DNA of 64,000 nt. It comes from a virus (Duplodnaviria; Caudoviricetes). The position numbers and the translations under genes were made by a program. Within the stretch, counting starts at the first letter, position 1. Every line of letters begins with the position of its first letter. Positions 1 to 8,470 of the stretch are shown piece after piece. The DNA lies in the IMG/VR virus record IMGVR_UViG_3300025849_003344. One strand, written 5' to 3'. The notes under the pieces were generated by a model. It ran no database searches. It was not told where the DNA came from and was given only the letters and a program-made list of their open reading frames with translations.

Positions 1-440
1 ATACTGTATTCTTTATAAATTCTTTCCAGCTTTTCAGTAGCTTCGCTTTCGCCACCAAAGATATGTACGAATGGATTTATAATATCTTCATTGGCATTCT
101 TTTCTGTCAAGAATTCTGGATTATAAACCATTCTATGTTTAGCAGAACCACGGAATAAATTTTCTATTCTATCAGGTGGTATTGTGGATTTAACAACTAT
201 TAGACCGCTTCGTCGTTGTGCAACTTTCTTTAAAAGTTGTTCAACGATAGACGTATCGCACTGTCCATTTTCGTGCATTGGAGTCGGTAGACACATAAAT
301 GTAACATCAGCAGATATTGATACATCATCTAAACCGACCCCATATTTAGGATCGATAATTTGTTTTTCTACGTCATCTTGAAATGCGTAATCGATTGCCT
401 TGCCAACAAATCCGTGGCCAATGATTGTAATTTTTAACAT
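1..440 (-). CDS. UDP-glucose/GDP-mannose dehydrogenase family protein (runs off window edge)
   Basis: Manual translation from ATG at 440: MLKITIIGHGFVGKAIDYAF (GxGxxG), FMCLPTP, VVKSTIPP, YNPEFLTE. Not in the ORF track because there is no stop within the window. Confidence 0.85.
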   Translation of the reverse strand, partial: MLKITIIGHGFVGKAIDYAFQDDVEKQIIDPKYGVGLDDVSISADVTFMCLPTPMHENGQCDTSIVEQLLKKVAQRRSGLIVVKSTIPPDRIENLFRGSAKHRMVYNPEFLTEKNANEDIINPFVHIFGGESEATEKLERIYKEYS

Positions 441-446
441 AGTTTA

Positions 447-1463
447 TTATACCATAAATTCATCTAGTTGTACACCCCTCATAGGCGGAATTCCTTGTCT
501 TTGTTCCCAGCCGGATTCCCATCCAGATGCATTTGATAATGTCGAAGGAATATGATCAAACGTTCCATTTCCACGTGGTACATAGTTTTGTCCGAACCTA
601 ACAAAGTCACACATAACATCTTCAAGATCTTTTGGTTTACCACCAGTTTTTTCTCTTAATAAGTCCATAAAATTATCTGGCTTCCACCCACTTGATAATT
701 TTTTCATGCACCTTACTGCGTTATTACCTAAATATGTATGAGAGTCTACGTCAGCATTTTCTGGAAAATAGTCAGAACAATCCATAGAGAAGGCAGCATA
801 CTGAAAATTAAATTTACGATGACCAGCTTTTTTATTATGCTCATTTAAATGATCTACAATTTCTTTATGTCCTCTTTTTTTCAAAAGTAGAAAATCTGTA
901 AACCTGTTAATAACTTCAGGCAATTCATTTACCATGAAGTCAACATTACTAACTCCTTTCTTTGGAGCCGGAGGTTGATTGCCTATAGACGTAAACATTG
1001 GTTTGCCTGAAGCTTTAGTCTCTGCTAAATCTTCTGCCATATCTTTAATGTCTCTATGTTTACTCCAATGTTGAATTATGTTATTACGATAACCGTGGTC
1101 ATTTTCAAATGAAGCCCCTGATCCAGTTATGCGATGACAAAGAAATGTGTATAGCCAGGTTTCAATAGTCCAGTTAATATCATCGTTTGATGCTGAAATC
1201 TTACGTCTATCTTCTTTCTGCCATCTCCACTTAGGAGTTTTAGATCCGAACCTTAGATCTTGTAATACGTTTGAGAAGCCTGCAGCATTTCTCGTTTTAC
1301 AATCGTAGATATCAATCTTTTGCATAAGAGGATCATTGATAATGTTATTTGCTTCTGGACCTTCATAGTCCAATTCACCCCAATTAACATTATCTTGTAA
1401 CCAACCGGCTTTTGGATAATAATAATTTACAAGAACATCAATTGCTTCTTCATTGAGCCACAT
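447..1463 (-). CDS. aGPT-PPlase / amino acid:DNA transferase-like protein (HhH-glycosylase-like fold)
   Basis: Motif order FLCHRITG, FQYAAFSMDCSDY, YLGNNAVRCM, DLEDVMCDFVRF parallels the aGPT-PPlase pattern (LLFRxF, FxAYQxxxD, GPGAxRGL, IxxxLCExxKY). Adjacent to a PLP enzyme. Confidence 0.6.
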   Translation of the reverse strand: MWLNEEAIDVLVNYYYPKAGWLQDNVNWGELDYEGPEANNIINDPLMQKIDIYDCKTRNAAGFSNVLQDLRFGSKTPKWRWQKEDRRKISASNDDINWTIETWLYTFLCHRITGSGASFENDHGYRNNIIQHWSKHRDIKDMAEDLAETKASGKPMFTSIGNQPPAPKKGVSNVDFMVNELPEVINRFTDFLLLKKRGHKEIVDHLNEHNKKAGHRKFNFQYAAFSMDCSDYFPENADVDSHTYLGNNAVRCMKKLSSGWKPDNFMDLLREKTGGKPKDLEDVMCDFVRFGQNYVPRGNGTFDHIPSTLSNASGWESGWEQRQGIPPMRGVQLDEFMV

Positions 1464-2337
1464 TCTTTTCCCAATCTCTATATGAATCTATTGTATCTGG
1501 TAACGCTTGATTCTGTAATACTGGTTCCTGCCCTACATTCCAAAATAGAATATCGCGATTTGTATCTTTAGGAATATATTTCCATACTTTACCATCGTAG
1601 GTATCTATAGTTGGGAATGGTGGAAGATTATCTTTTTTCTCTGCCGCGGTAAACGCTAATGGTTCTGATACTGCCTCTGCAATACCCAATTCACCAGCCT
1701 TCATATTGCGTGACACGCAAACAGAAGTAAACTTGGCATTAGGCCACGCGATTTGTAAAGCTCTTGTAAGTACCCCAGTAGACGTGGCAGTATATACTTC
1801 TTCAGGTTCTTTTATCTTAGAAGCTGTCTTTACAATGCCTGCCGTTACCATTTCATGCTTAAGACCTAGCGGAACAAAGAAAGCATTCTTTCTTTCATCG
1901 GCCCATTTCTTTGCAATTAGATTTAAATTAGGCATAGCTGCTATTCTATGAAAACTAGTACGAGCCCCTCGTTCGATGCAGCAGGCTTGGTGATCGCTAA
2001 TTCGTTTTGAGGAGGGCATGAAAAGCATGACGTCTTTTTCGTGTCGCTTGGCCACGTCAAGTATACTAACACCAGCAAGGCCAGTGCGAGGTTGAACGTA
2101 AACGATAGTATCAATGTGAGGGCCCAGGCTACTGATGAGGCAATCGCCACCACGAACTTTAGAGCCAACCAAAAAATCATCACGGACAACACGAATATTG
2201 TTATGCCGGCTAATATGTGGGATTCCATAAGGATCCTCCCAGTTTTCTGCTAATTCTAAATAGTACTCTTTCGGGTCTCCGTAAAACGGATTAATATCTT
2301 TATTAATTTTATCAATAACGTGATTATTATGTGGCAA
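1450..2337 (-). CDS. PLP-dependent enzyme, fold type II (cysteine synthase/ACC deaminase-like), putative base-modification decarboxylase
   Basis: GSKVRG (Schiff-base Lys), ATSTGVL phosphate loop, DTYDGK, LFWNVG. Confidence 0.75.
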   Translation of the reverse strand: MPHNNHVIDKINKDINPFYGDPKEYYLELAENWEDPYGIPHISRHNNIRVVRDDFLVGSKVRGGDCLISSLGPHIDTIVYVQPRTGLAGVSILDVAKRHEKDVMLFMPSSKRISDHQACCIERGARTSFHRIAAMPNLNLIAKKWADERKNAFFVPLGLKHEMVTAGIVKTASKIKEPEEVYTATSTGVLTRALQIAWPNAKFTSVCVSRNMKAGELGIAEAVSEPLAFTAAEKKDNLPPFPTIDTYDGKVWKYIPKDTNRDILFWNVGQEPVLQNQALPDTIDSYRDWEKNVAQ

Positions 2338-3292
2338 GAGGCGATACTCCCCAATCGTTGCGTCTATAATATGGCGGGGCTATATGAAAACTAGAACCAT
2401 GTTCCATATAGGTATTTGCGTATTTTTCAGGATCCATTGTATACCATTCTTTTGGTGGCATAATGACTTTGCCTTTAGACTCATCATTAAGCACGTCAAT
2501 AAATTCGTTTGTAAGATCCCACCGCTCTTTCCATGAACCAAAGAATGGAGTCTTTTTGTAAAATCCTGATTTAGGTATACGTCTACCTTCAAACTCTACC
2601 GGCACTGGAGCGGTAAACCATACATCGTCAGATAATTCGTTGCCTTGTCTTACATATTCTTTTATTGTATATCTAAGAGAAAAATCGCCATGACGTAAAA
2701 CATGATGCCTAATATCAATTGAGCCCATACATAATGTAAGCTTTCCAATGGATTCCGATATTTCAGATCGTAAACCTTTTCGAATAGTTCCAAATAAAGT
2801 TTTACCATCAGTACGGTACACGCGATCGCCAGCCCCGCTATAAGCGATTGTGTGTGAATCTCCAAAGGTAATGCCATCGGTTTTTAGATCCTTCTGCTTG
2901 AGGGATGTAATACTTCTAATTCGTTTAGAGACAGCATTACACCACATAGGAGTGATGCCTTTATATGTTGTAGGAGCTTCAAGTCGTTTCTTCAACATCT
3001 CTCCATAATCAGGCATATCCCAATCTAACGAAACAATGTTATCGCATGACATTACAAGATTAATTCTATCATATACTTCTTTGTTAGCGCCACCAAACAA
3101 ATTCAAAGTACCACTAAAATTAGCCCCATGATCTATATAGACTACGTCAGCTTTTTTAATTTGAGGTGTGCATTTGTGGTCAATAGAAGCTTTTAATTGA
3201 TCTCGCCACAGTTGAGTCCACCCGTGCACGTGGGACTTTTCATTCTTGGGTATATTGCTTATAGGGTTCGTAATCACATTCGATAAATTCAT
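2327..3292 (-). CDS. Putative DNA-base glycosyl/acyl transferase: beta-glucosyltransferase-like N-domain plus SGNH-like C-domain
   Basis: N-half LNLFGG resembles the INFFGG loop of T4 BGT. C-half has GDSH, MGSIDIRHH and SFHIAP, resembling SGNH blocks. Start placed at ATG 3292 (GGAG 6 nt upstream). Confidence 0.45.
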   Translation of the reverse strand: MNLSNVITNPISNIPKNEKSHVHGWTQLWRDQLKASIDHKCTPQIKKADVVYIDHGANFSGTLNLFGGANKEVYDRINLVMSCDNIVSLDWDMPDYGEMLKKRLEAPTTYKGITPMWCNAVSKRIRSITSLKQKDLKTDGITFGDSHTIAYSGAGDRVYRTDGKTLFGTIRKGLRSEISESIGKLTLCMGSIDIRHHVLRHGDFSLRYTIKEYVRQGNELSDDVWFTAPVPVEFEGRRIPKSGFYKKTPFFGSWKERWDLTNEFIDVLNDESKGKVIMPPKEWYTMDPEKYANTYMEHGSSFHIAPPYYRRNDWGVSPLAT

Positions 3293-3734
3293 ATTCAACT
3301 CCAGTTTCTCCAAACATATCGCTTGTACGCTCAAAGGATTCCAGCCACTTATCAGGATAATCGGCAGCAGGCATTACAACACGAGTTATGCCTACCTGTA
3401 TAATACCTTTTGCGCAGTCAGAGCAGACAGGAAGACCCCACACATACAAAGTTGCTTGATCTAATGATACGCCGTTATATGTGGCATTGTATATAACATT
3501 CTGTTCTGCGTGCACAACAAACTGATATTTTGTTTTTCTATCATTATAGCGGATATCGCCATCGTAAATTCCACGCGGAAAACCGTTATAACCCTGAGCT
3601 AATACTTGACCTTTAGATCCAACAGCGATTGCGCCGATCTGAGTAGACGGATCTTTAGACCAACTTGAGACTTCTCTTGCTAATCCCAAATAGCGGTGAT
3701 CCCACTTACTTGACAAGGTGGAAGTGCTTTTCAT
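3240..3734 (-). CDS. cd: dCMP deaminase
   Basis: SKDPSTQIGA, GYNGFPRG, HAEQN, PVCSDCAKGIIQVGI zinc motifs. Confidence 0.92.
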   Translation of the reverse strand: MKSTSTLSSKWDHRYLGLAREVSSWSKDPSTQIGAIAVGSKGQVLAQGYNGFPRGIYDGDIRYNDRKTKYQFVVHAEQNVIYNATYNGVSLDQATLYVWGLPVCSDCAKGIIQVGITRVVMPAADYPDKWLESFERTSDMFGETGVEYEFIECDYEPYKQYTQE

Positions 3735-4389
3735 AGACGTGCAGGTTTTGTACTTGCCATGTAATAGAACCTTCTTCGATTTGAGCGCCGTCATCATAAA
3801 GGCTTAAGCCGTTATAATCTCTGACTAATCTTCTCATTACTTCACGTTGCCATGCGTAATCATTCTTATATCCAAAGACAACATCATTAGAACGCATCTG
3901 AACTACAGAATGTAGAATGCTATCACGAATATAGTAAGTGACACTGTTAGTACAAATAAAATCCGATTTTCCATTTTCATTAAACTCCAACCAAATAGAC
4001 GGCCTATTGTAGATCATAGAAGCGCGCCGGCCGTCTGGTCTTTCTAACAATTCATCTAGCACACAACCATATTGATTATAGTATTTGTCTGAAAAGATAA
4101 GATGTCCATAATTAGAATTAATTTCACCATGTTTATTTGCAGCGTACTCCCAAGCTTTTGGAGGTACTTCGCGAATATCATTAATGTTTGTAGATTGGCT
4201 GTCATACCATTCTAATTCTTCTTGAACATAATCATAGCTGACTGTTCCAAAGATAGCTGGCTCATCAGCAATAAAAGATGCGCCAAGCATTTCTATTGTC
4301 TTAGCGCCGGTCTTATCGATTGTATAAGCTTCGTCTTTTAGTTCATCAATAAAATATTGACGAATGTCACGGACTGCTGTCATTTGCAT
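3706..4389 (-). CDS. 42: dCMP hydroxymethylase (T4 gp42-like, thymidylate synthase superfamily)
   Basis: DKTGAKTIEMLGASFIADEP, GEINSNYG, SDFICTN, MRSNDVVFGYKNDYAWQ, LHVYEKHF all match T4 gp42 closely. Confidence 0.88.
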   Translation of the reverse strand: MQMTAVRDIRQYFIDELKDEAYTIDKTGAKTIEMLGASFIADEPAIFGTVSYDYVQEELEWYDSQSTNINDIREVPPKAWEYAANKHGEINSNYGHLIFSDKYYNQYGCVLDELLERPDGRRASMIYNRPSIWLEFNENGKSDFICTNSVTYYIRDSILHSVVQMRSNDVVFGYKNDYAWQREVMRRLVRDYNGLSLYDDGAQIEEGSITWQVQNLHVYEKHFHLVK

Positions 4390-4789
4390 ATTGAACTCTC
4401 TTTCTCAAATCAGACGACGAGAACCTATGGTCTCGCTTATTAAAATAAAGTTGAATGCCACGTTTGCGACACTCATCCTTACCAGTAAAATCTTTATCTC
4501 TGTACTCTTCACCAAGAATACGTACATCAATTGGATACATGTTTATTATATCACATAAATCAGATTCTGTACAATAAATAATTACCTCATCAACATATTT
4601 TATTGCTGCTAACTGAGCCTGTCTTTCTACTATCGATTGAACAGGTTGATTCTTTTTTGGTCTATCAAGCGTTGGATCTACTTGTAAACCACAAATCAAA
4701 TAGTCACAAACAGACTTTGCTTCACGTAACATGGCAACATGTCCCGCGTGAAGTAAATCAAATGTGGATGCTGTAAATCCTACTTTCAC
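4367..4789 (-). CDS. HIGH-motif cytidylyltransferase (TagD-like)
   Basis: FTASTFDLLHAGH, LICGLQVDP, RDHRFSSSDLR. Confidence 0.85.
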   Translation of the reverse strand: MKVGFTASTFDLLHAGHVAMLREAKSVCDYLICGLQVDPTLDRPKKNQPVQSIVERQAQLAAIKYVDEVIIYCTESDLCDIINMYPIDVRILGEEYRDKDFTGKDECRKRGIQLYFNKRDHRFSSSDLRKRVQYANDSSP

Positions 4790-5127
4790 GCGTGGCCTAC
4801 TGTTTCTCGTTTAATATCGTTGTGATTAAACTCAGCCCAGTACAACTCAAACGCTACGCCATCTTCAAGACATTCGAATTGATGATATACACCTGGCTTG
4901 ACCTTTGTGTACATTCCAGGCTCGAGAATGGTTTCATCAACCAAGTCGTAGTCTTTCTGCCATACACGAATAAGCATACGACCCGACTCTACATAGAATC
5001 CATTCCACTTAAATTCATGAAGATGCTTAGAACACACTCCACCTTTATTCATTTCAATGCGATGGAATTCCAAAGCACCATTTGCTTCTACGAGTTCCGT
5101 ATTTCCCCACACCTTACCTGCGATCAT
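4786..5127 (-). CDS. Cupin-domain protein (sugar isomerase-like)
   Basis: KVWG; [18 protein letters not shown]; PGVYHQF cupin His motifs. Confidence 0.7.
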   Translation of the reverse strand: MIAGKVWGNTELVEANGALEFHRIEMNKGGVCSKHLHEFKWNGFYVESGRMLIRVWQKDYDLVDETILEPGMYTKVKPGVYHQFECLEDGVAFELYWAEFNHNDIKRETVGHA

Positions 5128-5345
5128 TCTAATTCTCCTCGCTGTGATTTTATCACCTGTTCATACATAAAAAATAATTGCTCAAACTTCCACTGATAAA
5201 GTTGCTGAATCCCCATGAGGGCGTTCATCATCTCATCGTGGGTAGGCTCACGTTCACCATCACCGATCTGTTTGAACACTGTCTCAAGATCATTACATAT
5301 ATGCCAACAGTCCATAATTGGCTGTTCAAGATCGTATAGTTTCAT
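5124..5345 (-). CDS. Hypothetical protein
   Basis: ORF tightly coupled to both neighbours. Confidence 0.6.
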   Translation of the reverse strand: MKLYDLEQPIMDCWHICNDLETVFKQIGDGEREPTHDEMMNALMGIQQLYQWKFEQLFFMYEQVIKSQRGELE

Positions 5346-6009
5346 TCCATTTCCTTGCATCTTCTGCTGTGTTAATTTCTATTCCATTAAACTCGCATGG
5401 AAATACACCTATATCCCAGCCATTTTTTAGCCAACGTAATTGTTCTAATCCTTCTATTCGTTCTTCGCGGGTGCCTGTCAAACCTGGATACATTTCTAGG
5501 GCATTTCGCTTGTATCCATAGATACCTAAATGCCAATCTCCATATCCTGTTATGCCTCTACCAAACCACAAACATTTATCAGCTGCTCTCACTAACTTAA
5601 CTGTGTTGGGATCATTCTGCTGTTCTTCTGGCATCATAGCACACATAGTAGTAACAGAATAATTTTTTAAATGCCAGATAGTCTTTTCAATCATCTCTTG
5701 CGTCACATCTGGCATGTCACCTTGTACGTTAATGAACTGATCATATTGCTTAAAGAACCGAGACTTTATAGCACCTGCGCATCTCTCTGTTCCATTAGAA
5801 TATTCAGTTTTATCTATCCAACAATTATTAGATCCAAATAAGGAAAAAATACGCATATCATCTGTCAACACATAAGTGTCGATGCCGGATTGTACGCAAT
5901 TATCGTAGACACGTTGAATCATTGGCGCGCCGCCCAGATCTACAAGCGGTTTGCCAGGAAATCTTGTAGAATTATATCTAGCTGGAATAAGTATTGCTGT
6001 TGACGTCAT
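5326..6009 (-). CDS. kdsB: 3-deoxy-manno-octulosonate cytidylyltransferase (CMP-KDO synthetase)
   Basis: [45 protein letters not shown]. Confidence 0.93.
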   Translation of the reverse strand: MTSTAILIPARYNSTRFPGKPLVDLGGAPMIQRVYDNCVQSGIDTYVLTDDMRIFSLFGSNNCWIDKTEYSNGTERCAGAIKSRFFKQYDQFINVQGDMPDVTQEMIEKTIWHLKNYSVTTMCAMMPEEQQNDPNTVKLVRAADKCLWFGRGITGYGDWHLGIYGYKRNALEMYPGLTGTREERIEGLEQLRWLKNGWDIGVFPCEFNGIEINTAEDARKWNETIRS

Positions 6010-6760
6010 AATTAAACTCTACTATCTGCTCTACTACTTTATCAAAATCTTCTAATTTTAACATATTAGGTCCATCACTTGGCGCATTGTCTGGATCTTC
6101 ATGTACTTCTATGAAGAAGTTTGAAACACCCAAAGCAGAAGCAGACCTGCAAAGACCTGGGACATAATCCCTATTACCCCCACTACTATCACCTTGTCCT
6201 CCTGGCTTTTGCACTGAGTGAGTGGCATCAAGTACAATATTATCAAAATTGTCAAGCATGTACTGCAGGCCAGTAAAATCAACAACCAAGGTATTATATC
6301 CAAAACTTGTACCTCTTTCGGTGATCCAGACTTCTTTAGCATCCTTTGTTTTACTAAGAATGCCTTTAACATCCCACGGTGCTAGGAACTGGCCTTTCTT
6401 AATATTAACAATGCAATCGGTGTTACAAGCAGCTAAAATAAGATCTGTTTGTCGACATAGAAATGCAGGAATCTGTAAAACATCTACAAAACTTCGGCAT
6501 CTACTTATTTGTCCCTCGGTGTGAACATCTGTTAAAATCTTTATACCAAGAGTTTCCTTTAAAGCTAAGAGATCCGGAAGAGCAGCATCAATTCCTACAC
6601 CGCGCTCGCCACTTAGAGACGTGCGATTAGCCTTATCAAAACTTGCTTTAAAATAATACTCTATGCCATACTTATTACATATCTCATTGCAATGCTCAGC
6701 AATTTTTAAAGACTGTTCAAATGATTCGTGCTGGCACGGTCCTGCAATTATTCTTATCAT
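5978..6760 (-). CDS. kdsA: KDO 8-phosphate synthase
   Basis: IIAGPC, FKASFDKANRTS, LQIPAFLCRQTDL, VNIKKGQF, TERG, DATHSVQ, FIEVHEDP, SDG. Confidence 0.95.
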   Translation of the reverse strand: MIRIIAGPCQHESFEQSLKIAEHCNEICNKYGIEYYFKASFDKANRTSLSGERGVGIDAALPDLLALKETLGIKILTDVHTEGQISRCRSFVDVLQIPAFLCRQTDLILAACNTDCIVNIKKGQFLAPWDVKGILSKTKDAKEVWITERGTSFGYNTLVVDFTGLQYMLDNFDNIVLDATHSVQKPGGQGDSSGGNRDYVPGLCRSASALGVSNFFIEVHEDPDNAPSDGPNMLKLEDFDKVVEQIVEFNYDVNSNTYSS

Positions 6761-6879
6761 TTAATAAAGTTCTCTTTAGGATTTCTTAATTCTTCTATAC
6801 GAATGTAAGCAGCATTCAATTGTTCTTGAAGCTGCCTAACATTTTCTTCTAGAATTTTTATATGCTCATCCTTCGTCAT
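6757..6879 (-). CDS. 40-aa coiled-coil hypothetical protein (not in ORF track)
   Basis: MTKDEHIKILEENVRQLQEQLNAAYIRIEELRNPKENFIK. Its stop overlaps the kdsA ATG (ATGA) and it fills the gap exactly. Confidence 0.55.
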   Translation of the reverse strand: MTKDEHIKILEENVRQLQEQLNAAYIRIEELRNPKENFIK

Positions 6880-7210
6880 TTTTCTTTACTCTATTTAAGA
6901 AATCGCGATTAGGGTCTTGACCGTCAATTTTACCACGAGAATAGGCAACAGCAAACGAAGAATAATTAATTAGATCTTTGAGCGAATCTTCAACACCTTC
7001 AAAGTTAGGCTCATAGTTAGGATCATTCTCCATAGCTTCGAGTACAGACCATAGACGAATAGTCTTTGTGTTAATCAATTCCATGATTGACATGACGCCG
7101 CGTGGATAATAATCAGCTTGACGAATACGTGAGTTTTCGTTTTGATAATCGTTAGATTTTCTTGCTTGAATTTCTGCACATTCTTGCAGGACTTTTAGTG
7201 ATTCTTTCAT
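6866..7210 (-). CDS. Nucleotide-modification-associated domain 1 (DUF1599)-like all-alpha protein
   Basis: KSNDY ... TKTIRL ... EGVEDSLKDLINYS pattern. Confidence 0.6.
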   Translation of the reverse strand: MKESLKVLQECAEIQARKSNDYQNENSRIRQADYYPRGVMSIMELINTKTIRLWSVLEAMENDPNYEPNFEGVEDSLKDLINYSSFAVAYSRGKIDGQDPNRDFLNRVKKNDEG

Positions 7211-7212
7211 CT

Positions 7213-7539
7213 TTATGCTGCTTTCATTTTATATAGATTAGTAGGACGATTAGTACGACCGTATTGACCTTTATCTTCGACATAAATCTTTTGACGTGTT
7301 CCAGAGCTATGATCGAAAGCTATACCTTTTTTTGCCATTGTACGCATTCTATCTTGAATAAGACTTTGAAATAATGGATCAGTAGCATGACCGCCGATCA
7401 GACCAATCATGTCGCTACCGGTAATATTACTATGGCTTGAGAATCTATGTAACTGATTAAAACATATTACCTCAGCTTGATGTCTATACGCAGCTCTTAC
7501 TGCAGCTTTTTTTAACTTTTCTTTTTCTTCACTATTCAT
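7213..7539 (-). CDS. Hypothetical protein
   Basis: ORF in operon orientation, no recognisable motif. Confidence 0.6.
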   Translation of the reverse strand: MNSEEKEKLKKAAVRAAYRHQAEVICFNQLHRFSSHSNITGSDMIGLIGGHATDPLFQSLIQDRMRTMAKKGIAFDHSSGTRQKIYVEDKGQYGRTNRPTNLYKMKAA

Positions 7540-7560
7540 AACATATCCTTTCTCACTCTA

Positions 7561-8007
7561 TTATAACACAACATTCAATTGTTGTACATAGTTATTTAAT
7601 ATTTCACTTGACGAATTTGTTTTCTTTCCACCGACATTAAATTCCCATTTCATCCAAGGATGATCGCCATATTTTAAATATTCAGGGGTATTTTCTAAGC
7701 TTCTATCTCCGCCATTTGCAAATAACAAATACGATGCATTATGGCCTAATACTTTATCTATAGCATCATTCGAAGTTCCATCGTCATCATTAAATGATAT
7801 GACGTCACTTACATATTTAATAGCACCTAAAACCGCTGCTCGTTCTTCAAAGGGTAGAAAGAATTTACCTTTTTTTCTGATCAGCCATTCGTCAGAATTT
7901 AGTCCTACTATTAATCTGTATCCAAGCGACCTAGCTTCCTTTAGATATGAAATGTGTCCTGAGTGAACAGGATCAAATCCTCCGGTAACTAATACTATAT
8001 TAGGCAA
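7561..8007 (-). CDS. HIGH-motif nucleotidyltransferase (cytidylyltransferase-like)
   Basis: VTGGFDPVHSGH, LIVGLNSDEWL, FANGGDR, KTNSSS. Confidence 0.85.
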   Translation of the reverse strand: MPNIVLVTGGFDPVHSGHISYLKEARSLGYRLIVGLNSDEWLIRKKGKFFLPFEERAAVLGAIKYVSDVISFNDDDGTSNDAIDKVLGHNASYLLFANGGDRSLENTPEYLKYGDHPWMKWEFNVGGKKTNSSSEILNNYVQQLNVVL

Positions 8008-8470
8008 CTTTACAATACCATCCTGTAAATTGACTATCTATTAATCTGCTAATTACACTTTCTGCTTTTTCGTATTTTATAAATTTGTGCGGAACAATAT
8101 CGCCAACTTGAAATAATTTATCCGTATCTTCAGTAGTATAAAATAAAAAATGTGTTAACATATTCTTTTCAAAAATAGATTGTTTTAAATTATATAAAGT
8201 TTTAGGATCTGTAATATTAAAATTATCAGTTGCGCATCTTTTTAAATCTGTCAAATGCGGCGGATTAAAATTAAAGATTAGGTCGTGTCTCCATCTATGA
8301 CTAGGAGGATTAGCAAGTTTATTTTTAATTAACCACCATTCAAGAAAGAGGTAATCGCAATTTTTTTCACTTTTATAGCTACCTTGATTCCAGTGATGAT
8401 TTCTATAATCAATAAAGTCTTGCGTAACAACCAGATCTCTATTAATAAGATTAGATATTTTTGTAGACAT
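8000..8470 (-). CDS. Hypothetical protein, possible PD-(D/E)xK nuclease fold
   Basis: RHDLIF...LTDLKR resembles D-xn-(D/E)xK; AT-rich. Confidence 0.4.
   Translation of the reverse strand: MSTKISNLINRDLVVTQDFIDYRNHHWNQGSYKSEKNCDYLFLEWWLIKNKLANPPSHRWRHDLIFNFNPPHLTDLKRCATDNFNITDPKTLYNLKQSIFEKNMLTHFLFYTTEDTDKLFQVGDIVPHKFIKYEKAESVISRLIDSQFTGWYCKVA

Noticed and set aside
184-381. Plus-strand 65-aa ORF in the track
   Set aside because: Antisense shadow of the real minus-strand dehydrogenase at 1..440
3706-4389. Annotation as ordinary thymidylate synthase or dUMP hydroxymethylase
   Set aside because: Colinear with T4 gp42 and has Asp at the specificity position
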